DNA from: an uncultured virus (IMG/VR IMGVR_UViG_3300020404_001307) | Lineage: Duplodnaviria; Heunggongvirae; Uroviricota; Caudoviricetes; Crassvirales | Virus record (IMG/VR): IMGVR_UViG_3300020404_001307 | Direction: 5' to 3' (one strand) | DNA length: 20,000 bases | Shown here: piece by piece, positions 1 through 8,182 of the stretch | How positions within the stretch are numbered: the stretch's first letter is position 1 | How the letters are laid out: each line of letters opens with the position of its first letter | Notes under the pieces: generated by a model | What the model was told of the DNA's origin: nothing | The model's database searches: none | The model's input: only the letters and a program-made list of their open reading frames with translations | Program-made: the position numbers and the translations under genes

Positions 1-1
1 T

Positions 2-2179
2 TTACAAAATGTTGAAGCTGTAAAAAAAGTACTAGACCAGTTAGATATTAAGTCAGACGTAGTTCAAGCTAAAAGAAAGTTTAGTAAGACAGCTAGCGAA
101 AACTTTAATACTATATTAGAAGAGTCTCAAAATGTTAACAGGCAAAGAACGTACTCATATGCTGAAGCTAAAAGATCTGGCGCAAACAAGGGTTGGTTTA
201 GAATATTTGTTCCACCATCAGCTGAAGATTTTAAAGGTTTATTATATAGATTTTTAGGTAAAGGTAGGCAGGGTGAAATGCATATGAAGTATTTTAAAAT
301 AAAATTACTAGACCCATTTGCTAAAGGTATAAGATCTTGGAATATATATAAACAAGAAATGGTTAACGAATATAACCAATTAAAAAAAGATCACAAAGAT
401 GTTGTTGATATACTTTATGAAAACTTAGGAGACACAGGTTTTACTACTGACGCTGCGATAAGATTATACTTGTGGGATAAGGCTGGCTTTGATATACCAG
501 GTATAGATAATACAACCAAACAAAGGTTAATAAACTTTGTTAAAGAAAATCCAGACGTTAGACAATTCGCTGATAACTTAGGCGCTATAACAAAAACAAA
601 AGAAGGTTACGTTGCGCCTAGCGAAAATTGGTCTTTAGGCACTATAGCTAATGACTTAAACGATGTTGTTAACAAGGTTGGTAGAAAGCAATTTTTATCA
701 GAGTACTTAGCTAATGTTGAGGCCATGTTTACTCCAGACAATATGAATAAAATAGAAGCTCTATACGGAACTAGCTTTAGAGAAGCTCTAGAAAACATAT
801 TATACCGTATGGAAAATGGTGGTAATAGAAGAATGAGTACTGATAGAAATGTTAACAGAATGTACAATTGGATAAACGGTTCTATCGGTGCAATAATGTT
901 TATAAATATTAGATCAGCGGTACTACAGACACTATCAACTGTTAATTTTATAAACTGGAATGATAATAATGTTTTTAAAGCAGCGGCCGCATTTGCTAAT
1001 CAACCTCAATTTTGGGCTGACTTTGCAATGATATTTAATTCCGCGCAATTAAAACAAAGAAGAGCTGGCATACAAATAGATGTGTCAGCATCGGAATTAT
1101 CAAGAGCGTTTGCTGATGGTAGAGGTACGCCACAATCAGTTATAAACTGGTTACTAGAAAAAGGTTTTACGCCCACGCAAATAGCAGATAGTTTTGCTAT
1201 ATCATTTGGTGGCGCTACTCTTTTTAGAAATAGATTTAATACTTACAAAAAGCAAGGGTTTACAGATACTCAAGCTCAAGAAAAAGCTATGGTAGATTTT
1301 CAAGAGATAGCTGAAGAAACTCAACAGTCATCAAGAGAAGATTTAATATCACAGCAGCAAGCTGGCCCTATGGGTAGGTTAATACTAGCTTTTCAAAACG
1401 TTACAATGCAGTATACTCGTTTAACGAAAAAAGCTTTGGCTGATTTGTATTATGGTAGAGGTGATTTTAAAACCAACATATCTAAAATAGTTTATTATGG
1501 CGTTGCTCAAAATATAATATTCGCATCACTTCAGTCAGCGCTAGCATTTATACTTTGGGGTAATGATGAAGAAGAAATAAAAGACAGAACAACAAGAACT
1601 TTAAATAGTGCGCTAGACTCTTTTCTTCGTGGTACTGGTATATATGGAGCTATAATATCAACGGTAAAAAATACTATACTACAACATAAAAGACAAAAAG
1701 AAAAAAAGTGGGGAAGGGAAGATGGTAGAACTATATTAGAAATGGTTAACTTATCTCCACCTATAGGTAGTAAGCTTAGAAAAATATACAACGCTATAAA
1801 AACAGAGCAGTACAATAAAGGCGTAAGTGAAGAACTTGGTCTTCGTATAGAAAATCCTAACCTACACAAATGGGCCAGTGTAATAGAAGCGTTAACTAAT
1901 ATACCAACTGAAAGAGTTGTTAGAAAAGCAAACAATATAGAAGAAGCTTTAACAAGTAATCATTTACTATGGCAAAGAATATTGCTAGCTATGGGTTGGA
2001 GTACTTGGAGTTTAGGTATAAAAGATGAGGAGCTTACTAAAGCTAGAGGTGATGCTAAAGAAACTAAAAAAAGAGAAAAAAATAAAGGTAAAGTTAGGTG
2101 TAAAGCTATTAAAAAAAGTGGTGGTAGATGTAAGAACACTACTAAGAATAAAAGTGGTAGGTGTTATGCTCACCAATAA
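2..2179 (+). CDS. C-terminal part of a very large phage protein (probable internal virion/ejected protein) with a C-terminal CCCH zinc-finger-like tail; 5' truncated by window
   Basis: Frame of ORF 278..2179 is open back to position 2 (LQNVEAVKKVLDQLDIKSDVVQAKRKFS...). Helical-looking sequence with hydrophobic segments near the C-terminus (IVYYGVAQNIIFASLQSALAFILWG). Ends in C-x9-C-x10-C-x2-H. Lies just upstream of a tail-fibre-like gene; function is inferred. Confidence 0.6.
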   Translation, partial: LQNVEAVKKVLDQLDIKSDVVQAKRKFSKTASENFNTILEESQNVNRQRTYSYAEAKRSGANKGWFRIFVPPSAEDFKGLLYRFLGKGRQGEMHMKYFKIKLLDPFAKGIRSWNIYKQEMVNEYNQLKKDHKDVVDILYENLGDTGFTTDAAIRLYLWDKAGFDIPGIDNTTKQRLINFVKENPDVRQFADNLGAITKTKEGYVAPSENWSLGTIANDLNDVVNKVGRKQFLSEYLANVEAMFTPDNMNKIEALYGTSFREALENILYRMENGGNRRMSTDRNVNRMYNWINGSIGAIMFINIRSAVLQTLSTVNFINWNDNNVFKAAAAFANQPQFWADFAMIFNSAQLKQRRAGIQIDVSASELSRAFADGRGTPQSVINWLLEKGFTPTQIADSFAISFGGATLFRNRFNTYKKQGFTDTQAQEKAMVDFQEIAEETQQSSREDLISQQQAGPMGRLILAFQNVTMQYTRLTKKALADLYYGRGDFKTNISKIVYYGVAQNIIFASLQSALAFILWGNDEEEIKDRTTRTLNSALDSFLRGTGIYGAIISTVKNTILQHKRQKEKKWGREDGRTILEMVNLSPPIGSKLRKIYNAIKTEQYNKGVSEELGLRIENPNLHKWASVIEALTNIPTERVVRKANNIEEALTSNHLLWQRILLAMGWSTWSLGIKDEELTKARGDAKETKKREKNKGKVRCKAIKKSGGRCKNTTKNKSGRCYAHQ

Positions 2180-2216
2180 ATGTGTAATAATAATAGTATA
2201 ACAAAACAAAATAAAT
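2175..2216 (+). promoter_or_regulatory. Putative phage promoter/leader motif AATAAATGTGTAATAATA...CAAAAC (copy 1)
   Basis: Matches the - strand element at 18412-18453 at 16/18 positions in the core. The first G of GTGTAAT is 35 nt before the downstream ATG in both copies. Confidence 0.6.
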
Positions 2217-2396
2217 ATGATTAATTGGATTAATTCCTGGAAAGCAGGTAACAAGAAAGAAATATATGAATTAACATTTAGATTAGGAACGTGGACTATG
2301 TTTGAATTAATGTTTTGCCCTTGTGCAAAGTGCGATAACAAAGGAACATGTCCTAGATTTAGATTTATGATTTTAAACTTTGGATTTGAAATATAA
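2217..2396 (+). CDS. Small hypothetical protein (59 aa) with Cys cluster CPCAKC...C
   Basis: Translated by hand: MINWINSWKAGNKKEIYELTFRLGTWTMFELMFCPCAKCDNKGTCPRFRFMILNFGFEI*. Fills the gap between two + genes and has an A-rich leader; below the ORF-track length cutoff. Confidence 0.7.
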   Translation: MINWINSWKAGNKKEIYELTFRLGTWTMFELMFCPCAKCDNKGTCPRFRFMILNFGFEI

Positions 2397-2398
2397 AA

Positions 2399-4174
2399 AT
2401 GAAATGGATAGGTCAGCATATATGGGATTTTATATCTCGATTCCGAAATGATGTATACTTAGAAGATCTTACTGAGTCAGCTCAAGACCACGTTGTCGGT
2501 ATTGATACCAACGGCAAGCTATACAAACAAGATGTTTCTACTGGTGACATAACTAGTGTTACAGCAGGAGATGCTTTGACTGGAGGCGGAACAAGTGGAG
2601 CGGTTACTATAAACCACGAAGATACATCATCTCAAGCTAGTGTTGATAACAGTGGTTCAACATTTATACAAGATGTAACGCTAGACACATATGGTCACGT
2701 TACTGGACTAACTTCAGTAGCCGTACCAACTTTAAATCAAAACACAACAGGGCAAGCTGGTACTGTCGCTACTATAACTGGGTTAGCTCCTGATACAGCT
2801 ACAACGCAGGCAACACAACCAAATATAACTACCATGACTGGTTTTTTAGGTGGTACTGCAAACGCTTTAATAACAGATGATGGTGATGGAACCGTAACAT
2901 CAGAATCATCGCTTATTTATACTACTAGTTTTGGAACAGCATTAACTATGTCTAGTGTGCTACCAGTGATTAATATAAATAATACTAATAATGATAGTGG
3001 AGGTGGTGCTTTACGTCTTCAAAATCTTAGAGGTTCAGGTGGTCATAATCCTCTTAGTATTAATGATAAACTAGGAACTATTCAATTTAGTGGAGGCGAT
3101 TCACTTGGAACCTTTACTAACTACGCTATGATTTATGGTGACGTTAGAAGCTCTACTAATACAGACGAAGCTGGTCGTTTATATTTACAAGTAGCTACTA
3201 GTGACGGAACAACCACTGCTTTACAAAACGGTTTACTTTTAACTGGAGATCCTACTGGCAATAAAATAGATGTAGACTTAGGAAATGGAGGAACATCCAC
3301 TACAACAATAGCTGGAACATTAACAATGGGGACCACAGCGGCAATGACTAATGCTGGTTTATTATCTGTTGCAGCACAAACAAATATAACATCGCTAGGA
3401 ACTTTAACTAACTTACAAGTTGATGACGTTAATATAAATAGTAATATTATAGGAAATGTAGGAGGAGATCTGTCTGTATTATCAAGTGGAGATTTATTTT
3501 TAAGTGGCGCTACAAACGTTGTAGTTCAAGCGGGAAGGCTAGATATATCTGGTACTAGCGCTTCAGCTGGGCATGTAAATTTATACGAAGACACAGATAA
3601 TGGAACGAACGCTATAAAGCTTATAGGGCCAACATCTTGTAGCGATCAAACAATAACACTACCTGATGCTACTGGAACTGTAGCTTTAACTGATACAGCT
3701 AGATCATTTATTAATTTAAGACAAGATGATTTATATATTCAGTTTATGTCACAACAAAATAGATGGTACGGGACAAGAGCTGGTACAAGTATAGGTACAG
3801 GTAGCACATTAGATGGTGTTGGTATTAATAATAGAGTTGCTATACTTAATTCAGGATTCACGGCTACAAGAAACTGTACGCTACACAGAGTTCAAATAAC
3901 ATTTTACCCAAGTCAAACACATGATCTTGAATTTGAAATACTTAAAATACCTTTTGTTAATGATTCTACTTCCCTTATTACCGCAGCTAAAATGACACAT
4001 ACGGATTGTGATGGTAGTTATACAGCAAATAGAAATTACACTAAAACGTTTACAATAACAGGTGGTAATACATTAACAGCTGGACAAGGTATTATTTTTG
4101 CTTTAAGAAGAACAACAGCGGGTAGTACTCCTTTTATTAATGGTATGTTAATAGGGGAAATAGAAATGACTTAA
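2399..4174 (+). CDS. Tail fibre / receptor-binding-like structural protein (591 aa)
   Basis: G/T/S/N-rich beta-type composition. Fibre-like segments include GDITSVTAGDALTGGGTSGAVTIN, TQPNIT/AQTNITSLGTLT and DQTITLPDATGTVALT, followed by a distinct C-terminal globular-looking domain. Confidence 0.7.
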   Translation: MKWIGQHIWDFISRFRNDVYLEDLTESAQDHVVGIDTNGKLYKQDVSTGDITSVTAGDALTGGGTSGAVTINHEDTSSQASVDNSGSTFIQDVTLDTYGHVTGLTSVAVPTLNQNTTGQAGTVATITGLAPDTATTQATQPNITTMTGFLGGTANALITDDGDGTVTSESSLIYTTSFGTALTMSSVLPVININNTNNDSGGGALRLQNLRGSGGHNPLSINDKLGTIQFSGGDSLGTFTNYAMIYGDVRSSTNTDEAGRLYLQVATSDGTTTALQNGLLLTGDPTGNKIDVDLGNGGTSTTTIAGTLTMGTTAAMTNAGLLSVAAQTNITSLGTLTNLQVDDVNINSNIIGNVGGDLSVLSSGDLFLSGATNVVVQAGRLDISGTSASAGHVNLYEDTDNGTNAIKLIGPTSCSDQTITLPDATGTVALTDTARSFINLRQDDLYIQFMSQQNRWYGTRAGTSIGTGSTLDGVGINNRVAILNSGFTATRNCTLHRVQITFYPSQTHDLEFEILKIPFVNDSTSLITAAKMTHTDCDGSYTANRNYTKTFTITGGNTLTAGQGIIFALRRTTAGSTPFINGMLIGEIEMT

Positions 4175-4185
4175 AATAATTAATT

Positions 4186-4542
4186 ATGGCATTAGCAGAT
4201 AAAAAATATACAGAATTATATGGGTCAAGTAAAAAAACAGCTATAGAGGCTGTTCATGCAGAAGGCTTGCTATCGCATATGGCGGATAATCCAGAAGATG
4301 ATCCTTTTTTATCATCTGTTTTAAAAGAAATAAAAGACTTACAAGAAGAGTTAGATAGTCTTAGAACAGAGATAGCTACTAATAAAGCTAAAAAGCCTAT
4401 AGCAACTGGAGCTAATACAGTAGTATCATTTGGTGATATGGTTATAAGGCCAAAAGCTTCAAATATAGTAATGACTGTTACTTACACTGATCCTTCTAAC
4501 GGCAAAGTAACAACAAGAACAGCAAAACTAACATTAACGTAA
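4186..4542 (+). CDS. Hypothetical protein with central coiled coil (possible fibre-associated protein)
   Basis: 118 aa ORF with heptad-like VLKEIKDLQEELDSLRTEI; stop overlaps next start (TAATG). Confidence 0.65.
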   Translation: MALADKKYTELYGSSKKTAIEAVHAEGLLSHMADNPEDDPFLSSVLKEIKDLQEELDSLRTEIATNKAKKPIATGANTVVSFGDMVIRPKASNIVMTVTYTDPSNGKVTTRTAKLTLT

Positions 4543-4856
4543 TGGCAATATATAAAAACATAACTAGCGCTACAACAGAAGATCTTATTAAAAAAAATGC
4601 TGTTAAAGGTAATGTTAATTGCATAAACCTAACTAACTTTGGAGCTCAACCAGCTACCGTAAGTTTATTTACTGAAGACGCCGTTGCCGCTGAGACTACA
4701 AATATTGGCAATAACAAGTTTTTCTATATAAATACAATTATACCAAGCAACACAACTTTACAGTTAGATAAGAATCTTTCTTTTGACTCTAGAATTTATA
4801 ACTTAAGGATAACAATAGTGGGGACTGCCCCTAAAATATCAGTATTAATAACATAA
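4542..4856 (+). CDS. Hypothetical beta-rich protein (possible virion protein)
   Basis: 104 aa ORF, translationally coupled, alternating hydrophobic strand pattern. Confidence 0.65.
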   Translation: MAIYKNITSATTEDLIKKNAVKGNVNCINLTNFGAQPATVSLFTEDAVAAETTNIGNNKFFYINTIIPSNTTLQLDKNLSFDSRIYNLRITIVGTAPKISVLIT

Positions 4857-4857
4857 T

Positions 4858-5466
4858 ATGAAACTAAATAAAGAAATAATAGAAAAGGCCGTAAAAGAAA
4901 AAGGCTATAAATGGTTTGAAACAGGTGACTATAATATTAACATAGTCGGTGTAAGAAACTCAGACACTGGAAATGAAGTAACAAATAAGTTTGATGATAA
5001 AATAACATTATCCTTCAAGTGCGATGGTCAATGGGAGTTTTATTGTTATGATTGCACTACAGACCCCGGCAGATATTGGGTGGAGAATATAATGAGAAAG
5101 GAAGGTGTGGCAGTCTTAAAGGAAGGGCAATATCCCGGTTCTCATAAAATTAGATTACACCAAGGTAGATACGAAGCGTTAGGGCAAAATGGTCCTGTTA
5201 CAGTGTATAGAGATGCTAATAAAGATGATAAGTTTGATCTAAGTAATGACAATACACAAACGGGTTTGTACGGAATCAATATACATCGAGCTACTAAATG
5301 GGGTGGTAAAAAATCTAAGCAAGTAGATAAGTGGTCAGCTGGGTGTCAAGTAATAGCGGCTAATGATGATTGGCATGAATTTATGGATATATGTAGAGTC
5401 GCTAAAGATAAGTGGGGTAATAGCTTTACTTATACGTTATTAGATAGTAAAGATTTAAAATTATAA
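4858..5466 (+). CDS. YkuD/L,D-transpeptidase-motif cysteine peptidase; candidate endolysin
   Basis: GINIH-x16-SAGCQVI fits the YkuD-type H-x(14-17)-S-x-G-C catalytic signature. No signal peptide; lies after structural genes. Confidence 0.6.
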   Translation: MKLNKEIIEKAVKEKGYKWFETGDYNINIVGVRNSDTGNEVTNKFDDKITLSFKCDGQWEFYCYDCTTDPGRYWVENIMRKEGVAVLKEGQYPGSHKIRLHQGRYEALGQNGPVTVYRDANKDDKFDLSNDNTQTGLYGINIHRATKWGGKKSKQVDKWSAGCQVIAANDDWHEFMDICRVAKDKWGNSFTYTLLDSKDLKL

Positions 5467-5468
5467 TT

Positions 5469-6077
5469 ATGGCATTTAAAATGAAGGGTACTGGGGCTGG
5501 TCATGGCACAGGTTCTGGGCCAAGTCCAAATAAGCTAGACCCTGTTAAAAAACAGGCACTTAAAACTGGCGCTAAGTTAGTAGGTAAAAGATTACTTGGT
5601 GCTGCGTTGGGTCCTATTGGTTGGGCATGGACCGCTATGGACATTGCTAAAGCTGGTTACGATTATCACAAAAAAAATCAAGAAAAAAAGAACAAACAAC
5701 AGCCTACTAAAACTGTAGATGAAAACGTAGAAAAAAATACTAACGTAGTAGATCAGCCCTCGATAGAAAGAGGTACAACTATAGGTGCTGTAGAAGCACA
5801 AACAGCGGGGCCTTCACAAGAAGTACAAACAACTAAACCTTCGCAAGAAACAAAAACAGCGCCTACTGAAAATGTTAAAAAGAAAAGCACTGTTAGTAAA
5901 CCAAAAACTAGTACTAAAAGTTCTAGTGGTAAGCTTACTTACGCTCAAGCTAAAAAGAACGATCCTAATTTATCTAAATATATAGCTGAAAGAAAAAAAT
6001 ATAAAAAAGGATCGCCTGAATATAAAGTTGTACAAAACAAAATTAACGCAGCATACAGAGTTAAAAAAAGACACTAA
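5469..6077 (+). CDS. Basic low-complexity hypothetical protein (MAFKMK start)
   Basis: 202 aa ORF with one hydrophobic Gly-rich segment (LLGAALGPIGWAWTAM), a K/T/S/Q-rich linker and a basic C-terminus. Confidence 0.65.
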   Translation: MAFKMKGTGAGHGTGSGPSPNKLDPVKKQALKTGAKLVGKRLLGAALGPIGWAWTAMDIAKAGYDYHKKNQEKKNKQQPTKTVDENVEKNTNVVDQPSIERGTTIGAVEAQTAGPSQEVQTTKPSQETKTAPTENVKKKSTVSKPKTSTKSSSGKLTYAQAKKNDPNLSKYIAERKKYKKGSPEYKVVQNKINAAYRVKKRH

Positions 6078-7120
6078 TGAAAAAATTATTATTATTATTT
6101 CTGTTAGTTTGTACTGTAAGTACAGCACAGACAAAAGACTTCTTTAAATATTCTACTTTCTATACATCGATGTCTATGAATACGTCATTTGTTGAAAGAG
6201 AAGATTATAGAGCTGTAAATAAAGGTTATGAAGACATAACTAAAATTAATGCGTACGATTATAATTTAACGTTAGGTGTGCGCAAAATAGCAAGATTTAA
6301 TTATGAAACAAAAAGACAGACATGGTATACAGGTACTGAAAGAAACACTGCAGATAACGTCACTATTGGCAATGCTAATGGCTGGGAGTATTTGTTTAAT
6401 TATTCTTTTATACGTAGTCGTGGTGAAAAGTTTACTGAGCAAAATTTTTGGTTACGTTACCTCGGTGATTGGTTCGTTGCTAAAGCGCAGTATACAGACA
6501 ATGAAAGGGTAAACTTAAAATATTCATCGTTAGATTATAGAATAAGATTTAATAAAGGTAACTGGGATTTTACTATTGGAACAATATTTAGAGTGCACCC
6601 AGTATATGGAGTAAATCCTATAGAAGATTTTTGGGTGCCAGGCGAAAGTACATTTCAAGATTTAGCAGAAGACTTTGGTTACGTACCTCAACCTTGGAAT
6701 CAAGGTTTTTATATAGATCAAAACTGGTACGACGTTAGTGGTGGAGACTCGGTATTAGTAGCTACCTCTAATAATGAGTTCTTCAACCACTACTTCGGTG
6801 ACGCAGTCGCGAGATACAATGAACGTGAACTTGATAAATTAGGTTTACAAAAAGAATTAAGTGCCGTACTAGGAGTTGCTTATTATAAGTATACACCTAA
6901 ATTTTGGCTACACACGTGGTATAATTTTTTACCATATCACTATGGGCTAGATGATTACTCGTATAAATATGAAGACAGCATGGCAGAGTGGGACGCTGGT
7001 ATTATATTTGGAACTAAGATAACTAAAAGCTTAGGTTTATTTGTAGAAGGTATACACATGAGATATTGGGGTAAAGAAATATACGAAGTAAAATTTGGGT
7101 TTAACTATTTAATATTTTAA
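6077..7120 (+). CDS. Predicted outer-membrane beta-barrel protein with Sec signal peptide
   Basis: MKKLLLLFLLVCTVSTA|Q signal peptide; aromatic-rich amphipathic strands; terminal strand YEVKFGFNYLIF ends in Phe, as in a BAM beta-signal. Confidence 0.65.
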   Translation: MKKLLLLFLLVCTVSTAQTKDFFKYSTFYTSMSMNTSFVEREDYRAVNKGYEDITKINAYDYNLTLGVRKIARFNYETKRQTWYTGTERNTADNVTIGNANGWEYLFNYSFIRSRGEKFTEQNFWLRYLGDWFVAKAQYTDNERVNLKYSSLDYRIRFNKGNWDFTIGTIFRVHPVYGVNPIEDFWVPGESTFQDLAEDFGYVPQPWNQGFYIDQNWYDVSGGDSVLVATSNNEFFNHYFGDAVARYNERELDKLGLQKELSAVLGVAYYKYTPKFWLHTWYNFLPYHYGLDDYSYKYEDSMAEWDAGIIFGTKITKSLGLFVEGIHMRYWGKEIYEVKFGFNYLIF

Positions 7121-7123
7121 GAT

Positions 7124-7303
7124 ATGACATTTAAATTAAAAAAACTAAAAGACACTAAGCTTGGTAAGTTTTTTGGCGTAGGCCAAGGAGAAAAAAGAAA
7201 AGCTAATAGAGAGCGAAAAAGAGACACTCATAATAGACACGCTAGAAAGACAGAAGGAAGCAGACTTACACAATCGCTTAGAAGAAAATTTAATAAAAAA
7301 TAA
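7124..7303 (+). CDS. Small very basic protein (59 aa, MTFKLK start)
   Basis: Translated by hand: MTFKLKKLKDTKLGKFFGVGQGEKRKANRERKRDTHNRHARKTEGSRLTQSLRRKFNKK*; fills the gap almost exactly. Confidence 0.65.
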   Translation: MTFKLKKLKDTKLGKFFGVGQGEKRKANRERKRDTHNRHARKTEGSRLTQSLRRKFNKK

Positions 7304-7307
7304 AATT

Positions 7308-8021
7308 ATGAAGAAATATATTATAATACTATTTGCGTTTATTAGCTCGTTCGCTAGTGCGCAAGAACTGGACTTTCAACAATTATGCATTGAGTGTGCA
7401 GAGCAAAACGGTTTTTATTGCGGAGATGATCCAGCAAACTGGACACAGTATTCCCCTAACGGATGTGTGCCTAATGGTCCAGATTTGTTTTATTTAAATG
7501 ATGGTTGGTCAGATTGCGTTGACGGTGCTGATGAAGCAGAAGCCGAACCAACAACCATAGAAAGCTGTGGACCAATTGGGCCACCACCATGTGATACTGT
7601 TTATGTAACAGAGTTTGAAACTATTTATGAAACAATATATGACACTATAACTAACACAGAGTATGTATATGAAATTATAGTTGATACAGTAGAAGTAGAA
7701 GTATTTTTACCTGAATATATTTATATCACTGATACAGTAACAGTATATGAAGATATATTAGATACTTTATTTGTTGATGTTATTGAATACGTAGATGTAT
7801 TAGTATATGATACTATTGTAGAAATAGAGTATGTAGAGTTTATAGAGTATATTACAGAGTATGTAGACTGCGATACTGGGCTACCTTGTAGTTCTAATAT
7901 AGATGAGCTTATAAATAAATCTAAGCAAAATAGTGTAATATATAATATTAACGGGCAGGCAATAAAAGAGCAAGAAGGATTATATATTGAAGACGGTAAA
8001 ATAAAACTTAAAATAAAATAA
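7308..8021 (+). CDS. Secreted acidic protein: LDL-receptor class A-like domain, DT-repeat stalk, T9SS CTD-like tail
   Basis: Signal peptide ...SFASA|Q; FYC...GCVP...YLNDGWSDCVDGADE; repeated DT[VIL] units; ends IYNINGQAIKEQEGLYIEDGKIKLKIK. Confidence 0.65.
   Translation: MKKYIIILFAFISSFASAQELDFQQLCIECAEQNGFYCGDDPANWTQYSPNGCVPNGPDLFYLNDGWSDCVDGADEAEAEPTTIESCGPIGPPPCDTVYVTEFETIYETIYDTITNTEYVYEIIVDTVEVEVFLPEYIYITDTVTVYEDILDTLFVDVIEYVDVLVYDTIVEIEYVEFIEYITEYVDCDTGLPCSSNIDELINKSKQNSVIYNINGQAIKEQEGLYIEDGKIKLKIK
7593..7868 (+). repeat. Imperfect coding repeat (DTVYV/YDTIT/VDTVE/TDTVT/LDTLF/YDTIV, IEYV units)
   Basis: Residues ~96-187 of ORF 7308 consist almost entirely of D/E/T/V/I/Y, with recurrent GATAC[TA] codon blocks. 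Confidence 0.6.
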
Positions 8022-8023
8022 TT

Positions 8024-8182
8024 ATGTCAAAAGATAAAAGATACAGAGGTAAAACAACTCCTGGTTTAAAAATGTGTATGGATAATATCAAAGGTGCTAG
8101 TTACAAAAAAGAAACTGCTACAGTTGATGACAAGCCGCCACACTTAAAAAGGTATGATGTTAAAACTAACAAAGCTAGGTAA
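8024..8182 (+). CDS. Small basic hypothetical protein (52 aa)
   Basis: Translated by hand: MSKDKRYRGKTTPGLKMCMDNIKGASYKKETATVDDKPPHLKRYDVKTNKAR*. TAATTATG junction upstream and TAATG overlap downstream. Confidence 0.6.
   Translation: MSKDKRYRGKTTPGLKMCMDNIKGASYKKETATVDDKPPHLKRYDVKTNKAR

Noticed and set aside
607..3336. Minus-strand ORFs 607..867, 1531..1935, 2012..2419 and 3133..3336
   Set aside because: Antisense shadows of long + strand genes; L/S/F-rich translations with no motifs.
7926..7950. Third GTGTAATA occurrence as a promoter copy (another at ~1877)
   Set aside because: Inside CDSs; flanks do not match AATAAAY...WATA and the 35-nt spacing to an ATG is not kept.
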